Assembly (NCBI GenBank): GCA_048885535.1
Contig: JBHLLO010000079.1
Location: 1 to 11,687 of the forward strand
Direction: 5' to 3'
Source of the DNA: Candidatus Hermodarchaeota archaeon
Lineage (GTDB): Archaea; Asgardarchaeota; Lokiarchaeia; Sigyniarchaeales; SOKP01
DNA length: 11,687 bases
In this document: positions 1 through 5,793 of the stretch, piece by piece
Position numbering within the stretch: position 1 is the first letter of the stretch
Layout of the letters: the number at the start of each line of letters is the position of its first letter
The notes under the pieces: generated by a model
Told to the model about the DNA's origin: nothing
Databases searched by the model: none
What the model saw: only the letters and a program-made list of their open reading frames with translations
Program-made: the position numbers and the translations under genes

Positions 1-273
1 ATTTATTTTTTCTCTGTTATAAGTGATGTTACAAACAAAGATGAATTAAAATTAACAATTGAAGAGGAATCCACTGTTAAAGAAGTTGTAGATAAAATAA
101 TTCAATATTTTGGAAAGAAATTTAGAGAACTCATATTAAAAAATCCCAATGAGATAAATGATTATATAATAATTGCAAAAAATGGAAAGGATGTCCGTTC
201 TTTAAATAATTTAAACACGTTTTTACAAGATGGAGATGAAATCTCTTTTTTACCAGCTATTGCTGGAGGATAA
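1..273 (+). CDS. moaD: MoaD/ThiS/SAMP-family ubiquitin-like sulfur carrier protein (5'-partial)
   Basis: Not in the ORF track. Frame 1 is open from base 1 and reads IYFFSVISDVTNKDELKLTIEEESTVKEVVDKIIQYFGKKFRELILKNPNEINDYIIIAKNGKDVRSLNNLNTFLQDGDEISFLPAIAGG, then TAA at 271-273. It has the C-terminal diglycine and the NG...L.DGDEI...P.IAGG beta-grasp signature, and lies near moeB. Confidence 0.9.
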   Translation: MYFFSVISDVTNKDELKLTIEEESTVKEVVDKIIQYFGKKFRELILKNPNEINDYIIIAKNGKDVRSLNNLNTFLQDGDEISFLPAIAGG

Positions 274-304
274 TTAAAGCGCTAAATGGGATGATTAAGC
301 TTCA

Positions 305-565
305 TTAGATTTTTTTAAGCCTTAGCACCCACTCCCTTGGTTTTGAATTAATAGATTTTACTTTTATTAGTATAGCTAATTTTTGGCGTTCGCAACTATG
401 TGGTATATTTTTTAAAGCGGGCTCAAAATCTAACGTTACATCTAAAATATCATCTTTCTTAAGTTTCTCAAGTTTTAATTTAGTATATACAAAAGTCATT
501 GGACAAACTTTTCCTCTTATATCCAGAGTTTGAATATTTTTTTCTTTTTTGTTTTTAGTATTTAT
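305..565 (-). CDS. tusA: TusA/SirA-family sulfurtransferase (sulfur carrier), about 86 aa; start probably non-canonical
   Basis: The track ORF 305..499 extends upstream in frame as (I)NTKNKKEKNIQTLDIRGKVCP-MTFV, which adds the LDxRGxxCP catalytic motif. DFEPALKNIP also matches the family. An in-frame TGA lies at 578-580. The proposed ATA start at 565-563 overlaps the moeB TAA, but the exact start is uncertain. Confidence 0.85.
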   Translation of the reverse strand: MNTKNKKEKNIQTLDIRGKVCPMTFVYTKLKLEKLKKDDILDVTLDFEPALKNIPHSCERQKLAILIKVKSINSKPREWVLRLKKI

Positions 566-1368
566 CTGCAGAAATCTTCACTCCAATAATCTGTAATTTC
601 TTTAAATTCTTTTGGACTATCGCCACAAGATTTACAATTAGTATTTCGAAGAACTTCAATGAAACTAAAATTATTCTTAAGAATATCAATAAATAAAATT
701 TTATTTACTATTAAATCTCCAATATTTAACAAACATTTTATCGCTTCATTAGCTTCTATGCAGCCAAAAATACCTGGTACAAAACCAATAACCCCCGCTA
801 CAGAACAAGTCATGTTTGGGTCCATCCCATTGACATCATCAAAGATACATTTATAACACGTAGTTTTTCTTTCAGGAATAACTGTCATTATTTGTCCATG
901 GAATCTTAAAACTCCCGCAATTGTGAATGGGATATTTAAATATACACAAGTATCATTGATTAACATTTTAGTTGGGAAATTATCCGAGCCTTCTATTACA
1001 AAATCAGAATCTCTTAAAATATCTCTTGAGTTTTCAGGTGTAATTCGTTCAGTGATAATATCAATTTTGCAATCAGGGTTGAGAGCATTCAATTTTTGAA
1101 CTGCACTTTCAGTTTTATTACTATTTATATCTTTAGTATGATAAAGTATTTGTCGATGTAAATTAGACATTTCTACTACATCAAAATCTATTAATTGCAA
1201 ATTTCCTACTCCTGCAGCTGTTAAATAGTAAGCTGCTGAAGATCCAAGGGCTCCTAAACCAATCAATGAGACTTTAGATTTCAATAATTTTTTTTGTCCA
1301 ATACCCCCAATTTCATTTAAAATTATTTGACGAGAGTATCTTTCAATTTGATCTTCAGTTAAATCCAT
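562..1368 (-). CDS. moeB: MoeB/ThiF/UbaA-family E1-like adenylyltransferase
   Basis: ERYSRQI, GLGALGS nucleotide-binding loop, DFDVVEMSNLHRQ, GSDNF, two Zn-binding CxxC motifs (CYKC, CKSC) and the conserved Cys in TCSVAGVIG. No rhodanese domain. Confidence 0.93.
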   Translation of the reverse strand: MDLTEDQIERYSRQIILNEIGGIGQKKLLKSKVSLIGLGALGSSAAYYLTAAGVGNLQLIDFDVVEMSNLHRQILYHTKDINSNKTESAVQKLNALNPDCKIDIITERITPENSRDILRDSDFVIEGSDNFPTKMLINDTCVYLNIPFTIAGVLRFHGQIMTVIPERKTTCYKCIFDDVNGMDPNMTCSVAGVIGFVPGIFGCIEANEAIKCLLNIGDLIVNKILFIDILKNNFSFIEVLRNTNCKSCGDSPKEFKEITDYWSEDFCR

Positions 1369-1441
1369 CTCTAAATCTACTTCAATATTTCAATTTAAAA
1401 AATATTTTGATTATAAAAAAAAGATCAAAAAAATCACATAT

Positions 1442-1467
1442 TGAAATTCTACGAAAAGTAGATTTCA
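1442..1467. promoter_or_regulatory. Imperfect inverted repeat in the divergent moeB/MFS intergenic region (possible operator or RNA hairpin)
   Basis: TGAAATTCTAC-GAAAA-GTAGATTTCA: 10-bp arms with one bulged T. Function is inferred only. Confidence 0.35.
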
Positions 1468-1549
1468 TTTCAAAAACTATAAAATTTTCTGATGTTTAAT
1501 TCAATAAATAAGTGATAAATTAATTTGATTACGCTATTGAAGGGAAATC

Positions 1550-2773
1550 ATGAGAAAAAATAAGTACATTGAACTTTTTGGGGATCGAAATTTTTTATTC
1601 TTATGGATTGGGACTCTTGGATTTGGTTTAGGAGGTGCTATATTTTCAATTAGCATTAACTGGTGGGTTTTAATTGAGACTAATTCAGAAGTACAGCTTG
1701 GAATTGTCAATACATTCATTTTTTTACCTATGTTAATATTTTGTTTCTTCTCCGGAATATTAACAGATATTTTCAATCGTCTAAACTTAATGGTATTTTC
1801 TCTGTTATTGCGTGGAATTATTATACTTATCTTTCCAATACTCCAATTTCTTGGGATCATTGAAATGTGGCACGTATATATTTTATCATTTCTTCAAGGA
1901 ATATCATTTCCATTTTTTCTCAATTCAATAAATGCAATTATGCCTGAAATTATTAAAAGAGAAAACCTACATCCCGCAAATGCTTTAGTTGATTCAGCTA
2001 TGTGGTTTTCAAATGTAGTTGGATATCTATCTGGAGGTTTTTTAATTCAATCACTTGGCTACGTAAGTCTGTTTACTATTTCAGCATATACCTTAATTAT
2101 GGGGGGGTTAATGTTTTTCCCTATAAGATATACATACAAAAGTAAGACAGAAGGTATTTCTCTTCGCAGTGTTTTCTCAGAGATCAACAATGGTTTTAGA
2201 ATAATGAAAAATGATTCTGTTTTACTAGTTTTAATAATGACTTGGACAATAATAATGACATTTTTTTCTAATGGACCTATGTCAATTGGTTGGCCAATTT
2301 TTGCTGAGCGAATATTAAATAGTGGCTCTGAAGGTTATGGTATATTAGTTATGTCTGTTTCAGCAAGCTCATTGATAGGAAGCTTATTAATTGGTCATTG
2401 GGGTTCTAGAATTAAAAAAGGAAAGCTTTCTCTAATTGGGTATATATGGGGCGCAGTTGGAATTTTTGTTTTTGTCTTTACTTCAAATTTATTTGCTTCA
2501 GCTTCAACTTTGTTTTTATGGAGTTTCTATTTTCCTTTAATTAATATTCCTTATTGGACAGCCATGCAGGAAAGAGTACCACATGAAGACTTAGGAAAAA
2601 TAACAGGTGCTTCGTTTACTTTAAACTCTGCTGTTATTCCAATTTCTACAATGATGACAGGATATATAATGGAATTTGTTTCGATCACTCTTCCTTTTAT
2701 TCTACTTGCTACTTCTTTTATTTTATGTTTCTTTATAATATATTCACATAAAAAGACTAGGCATTTAATATAA
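1550..2773 (+). CDS. MFS transporter, about 12 TM, resembling DHA3/MefA/EntS-type efflux proteins
   Basis: 407 aa hydrophobic protein. It starts DRNFLFLWIG, has motif-A-like GILTDIFNR, a central loop SEINNGFRIMKND and QERVPHEDLGKI before the last helices. GAAGGGA lies upstream of the ATG. Confidence 0.88.
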   Translation: MRKNKYIELFGDRNFLFLWIGTLGFGLGGAIFSISINWWVLIETNSEVQLGIVNTFIFLPMLIFCFFSGILTDIFNRLNLMVFSLLLRGIIILIFPILQFLGIIEMWHVYILSFLQGISFPFFLNSINAIMPEIIKRENLHPANALVDSAMWFSNVVGYLSGGFLIQSLGYVSLFTISAYTLIMGGLMFFPIRYTYKSKTEGISLRSVFSEINNGFRIMKNDSVLLVLIMTWTIIMTFFSNGPMSIGWPIFAERILNSGSEGYGILVMSVSASSLIGSLLIGHWGSRIKKGKLSLIGYIWGAVGIFVFVFTSNLFASASTLFLWSFYFPLINIPYWTAMQERVPHEDLGKITGASFTLNSAVIPISTMMTGYIMEFVSITLPFILLATSFILCFFIIYSHKKTRHLI

Positions 2774-2848
2774 TTTTATTTAATAAGCTGTGATTTTATT
2801 AAAAATAATACTTTTAAAAATAATTAGAATAAATGAATATGAATAATA

Positions 2849-3760
2849 ATGGCTAAAAATACATTCTCTGAACATTTATTCCAATATCGTTCAGTAGAGA
2901 AGAGAAAACTAATATTATCCTTACTTATAACTTCTACAGTTATGGTTTTGGAGATTTTTGGAGGTATATTAACCAATAGTATCGCATTATTAAGCGATGC
3001 AGGTCATATGTTTACACATTCTTTTGCAATTGGCATAAGTTTACTGGCAATAATTATTGCAAGAAAACCTCCTTGTCACCACAAAACATTTGGTCTATTT
3101 CGAGCAGAAGTTCTAGCCGCCTTCATTAATGGGCTTTTTCTTATACCAATAGTTGGAATAATAATTTACGAAGCAATTCTTAGATTTATAAATCCTGAGG
3201 AAGTTTTTGGTTTTTATATGTTTTTAATTGCATTAATTGGATTGTCTGTTAATATAACGAGTGTTCTCATTTTACGTGGAAGCCAAGGAAAAAATTTGAA
3301 CGTAAAAAGTGTATTTTATCATATGATTGCTGATGCCGCATCTTCTATTGGAATCGTAATTGCATCTATTATTATTTATTATACTGGATTCAATTTCTTG
3401 GATCCTATAGTAAGTCTAGGGATATCTATTATAATCCTTTATTGGTCTTGGAGCGTTTTAAGGGAATCCACTAGAATTTTATTAGAAATGGCTCCTAAAG
3501 GAATGAATATAGATATCATTAGTGAAGATTTAAAACAAAGTTTTGATGAGATTATTGATCTTCATAATGTCCACTTATGGACAATTACTCCGGATATGTT
3601 AGTTTTTTCGGCATATGTAAAAGTAGATGATAAAACTCTGAATAGTAACCAAGGAGATTTAGTTTCCAAGATTAACAGTTATTTAGGTGAGAAATTTCAT
3701 GTTATCGAATCGACCTTACAACTGATATCAATTAATGACCCCGAATTTTGTGAAATTTAA
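2849..3760 (+). CDS. Cation diffusion facilitator (CzcD/ZitB-like) metal efflux transporter
   Basis: EIFGGILTNSIALLSDAGHM, TFGLFRAEVLAAFING, NLNVKSVFYHMIAD, LDPIVS, ILLEMAP and a C-terminal dimerisation domain with DLHNVHLWTI. Confidence 0.93.
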   Translation: MAKNTFSEHLFQYRSVEKRKLILSLLITSTVMVLEIFGGILTNSIALLSDAGHMFTHSFAIGISLLAIIIARKPPCHHKTFGLFRAEVLAAFINGLFLIPIVGIIIYEAILRFINPEEVFGFYMFLIALIGLSVNITSVLILRGSQGKNLNVKSVFYHMIADAASSIGIVIASIIIYYTGFNFLDPIVSLGISIIILYWSWSVLRESTRILLEMAPKGMNIDIISEDLKQSFDEIIDLHNVHLWTITPDMLVFSAYVKVDDKTLNSNQGDLVSKINSYLGEKFHVIESTLQLISINDPEFCEI

Positions 3761-4401
3761 AAAGATGTAACAATTGTAATAATTCCAACTGTTAAGAAAA
3801 TTAATACAGATAATAATTTTAAATAAAATTTTGGTATTTTTTTAGCTATTGAGCCACCAATCAAAATTCCTATCCATGCTACTGTTATAAGTGCAAGAAA
3901 TGAACCTATCCACACTTCAATTAGGGGATTTGTGGAAGCAAAGGAAATTGTAGCAATTTGCGTTTTATCTCCTAATTCCATAAGAGATATAAAACCAAAC
4001 CCTGCTAAATATGGATTTTGTCTTAATTTTGCAAATTTTGATGGTGCTTGAATATCTTCACTCTCTCCTTTTTCCTTATTATCACTTTCTATGATTTCAT
4101 CACTCTTCTTCCCTCTATCTAAATAAAGTGATTTAAGAGGGCGGGTCTCCAGAAGTCCAATTATTATAAATATAATTCCAGATGCTATGGAAATGATAAA
4201 AATAGGAATTAATTCGGCGATTATTGCCCCAAAAAAGACTCCAATAGTAACTATTAATGCAAAACCTAAGGTGACTCCTATGCCAACTTTATAGAACTTA
4301 TCATATTCTAAGGCAAGGTTAAACACAATTAATTGAGTTTTATCCCCTAATTCACTAAGAAATAGAAATCCATAAGTTACTAGAATTACCACAAAATCCA
4401 T
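3757..4401 (-). CDS. TMEM165/GDT1 (UPF0016) family Mn2+/Ca2+ transporter
   Basis: Two copies of the ELGDKTQ signature in two 3-TM halves joined by a charged loop. Its stop overlaps the convergent CDF stop (TTAA at 3757-3760). Confidence 0.93.
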   Translation of the reverse strand: MDFVVILVTYGFLFLSELGDKTQLIVFNLALEYDKFYKVGIGVTLGFALIVTIGVFFGAIIAELIPIFIISIASGIIFIIIGLLETRPLKSLYLDRGKKSDEIIESDNKEKGESEDIQAPSKFAKLRQNPYLAGFGFISLMELGDKTQIATISFASTNPLIEVWIGSFLALITVAWIGILIGGSIAKKIPKFYLKLLSVLIFLTVGIITIVTSF

Positions 4402-4596
4402 GAAGATTTAAATTATTACTATTTGATATATCTTTTTATATGTTAATCGTTTATCATTCAGGCTTATTGCTTCACTTTATAAATATTATTAACTATATGA
4501 TGATCCTAGTGTATTATGGAGTTAATTTTATTTATATAGACTATAAAATTCACAGAGATCTAAGTAAGTCGCTTTTCCTAAATATTAAAAATACTT

Positions 4597-4616
4597 ATAT
4601 TAGATAAGCCTAAAAT
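4597..4616. promoter_or_regulatory. Putative DtxR/IdeR/MntR-family metal-dependent operator next to a TATA-like box upstream of FTR1
   Basis: ATATTAGATAAGCCTAAAAT with a TTAG-N6-CTAA core at 4600-4613, resembling TTAGG-N4-CCTAA boxes. It directly follows AAAAATACTTATAT (BRE/TATA-like) and lies upstream of an iron permease. Confidence 0.55.
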
Positions 4617-4695
4617 TTAAATGATCCAATTCGAGTATATACTTAGTAAACATTTAAGAATTTTTATGGTGATTTAACTAATTTCAATCATAGAT

Positions 4696-5604
4696 TTGCC
4701 CATTCCAATATTTTTGGCATTTAGAGAAGGATTAGAGGCTGTTTTGGTTATAGTAATAATTGTATTATATCTTAAGAACTCTAAACAAACTCAGTATTAT
4801 AAATATGTTTCCCTTGGTGGTTTTTTAGCTATTTCTGCAAGCATTCTTTTCGCTGTGTTATTTAATATCCTTTTTGGTGGGTTTTCTGGCATCGTAGAAG
4901 AAATATTTGAAGGTTTCACATTTATTATTTCAGGAGTATTTATAATCACGTTAATCCTATGGATGAGTAAAGAAGGTCCTAAGCTAAAGCAGAGTATCGA
5001 AATGAAAATTGAGGAATCTATTGAAAAAAGAAAGTTATTGTCAATTACAGGCCTTATTTTCATAATAATACTGAGAGAAGGAATTGAATTAGTACTTCTT
5101 TTAACTGGAGCTACTTCAGTGGGATCTTTGGGACAGGGAGAAGTGATAATTGGATCTTTAATAGGATTATCAATAGCGACCTTAATAGGATTATTGACTT
5201 TTTATGGAATTAAGTCCATCAATATTACTAAATTCTTTAAAATAACAAATGTAATTCTGATATTATTTGCGGCTGGCTTAATTACATATGGTATTCATGA
5301 GCTAATAGAAGCGGGACTTATAAATCCAATAATCCCAGAAATATGGAATATTAAGTCAATTCTTCCTGAAAGTTTTCCTGATGGAAATCCATTAACTCCA
5401 GAATTTCTTGAAATTATAGGTTCCATTATGAAAACTCTATTTGGATACAATGCTAATCCTTCCCTTTTGGAAGTTGTAGTATATCCTGCTTTAATAATAT
5501 TAATAAGCATGATTTCTTTACTTTTATGGAGAAAAAGCAATAAAGCAACTTTAAATAAAGAAAATCTTGAGAGTAAGTTAAAAGTAAAAGAAATTATAGC
5601 TTAA
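4696..5604 (+). CDS. ftr1: FTR1/EfeU-family iron permease
   Basis: Two RExxE motifs (FREGLEA, LREGIEL), plus LFAAGL..GIHELIEAG and LFGYNANPS. The track start is TTG at 4696; an alternative in-frame ATT lies at 4681. Confidence 0.93.
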   Translation: MPIPIFLAFREGLEAVLVIVIIVLYLKNSKQTQYYKYVSLGGFLAISASILFAVLFNILFGGFSGIVEEIFEGFTFIISGVFIITLILWMSKEGPKLKQSIEMKIEESIEKRKLLSITGLIFIIILREGIELVLLLTGATSVGSLGQGEVIIGSLIGLSIATLIGLLTFYGIKSINITKFFKITNVILILFAAGLITYGIHELIEAGLINPIIPEIWNIKSILPESFPDGNPLTPEFLEIIGSIMKTLFGYNANPSLLEVVVYPALIILISMISLLLWRKSNKATLNKENLESKLKVKEIIA

Positions 5605-5621
5605 ATTTTTCCTTTTTTTTT
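5605..5621 (+). terminator. Oligo-T tract, archaeal-type intrinsic terminator candidate for FTR1
   Basis: ATTTTTCCTTTTTTTTT directly follows the TAA stop, with further T-tracts near 5656-5671. Confidence 0.45.
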
Positions 5622-5793
5622 AAACATCTCTTTCTATAAATGACTAATTTGGGCATTTTTTATTATTTTTTATTCTAAAGCTTTATTAATTAATTCCATC
5701 AGATCTATCATTTTGAGATTTGAATTGAGAGCTTCTATCGCGATAGATGCTTATAACTTAAATCAATATGAATGTATCTTCCGATTTGCCATT

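Noticed and set aside
659-856. 65-aa + strand ORF
   Set aside because: Antisense shadow inside moeB with no recognisable motif.
1444-1463. AAATTCTACGAAAAGTAGAT resembles the Cas12a repeat stem (AATTTCTAC-loop-GTAGAT)
   Set aside because: Single copy, no repeat-spacer periodicity and no cas gene in the window.
1534-1860. 108-aa - strand ORF
   Set aside because: Antisense shadow of the MFS gene; its Lys/Asn/Ile bias mirrors hydrophobic codons on the other strand.
4797-5540. 88-aa and 81-aa - strand ORFs
   Set aside because: Antisense shadows inside FTR1.
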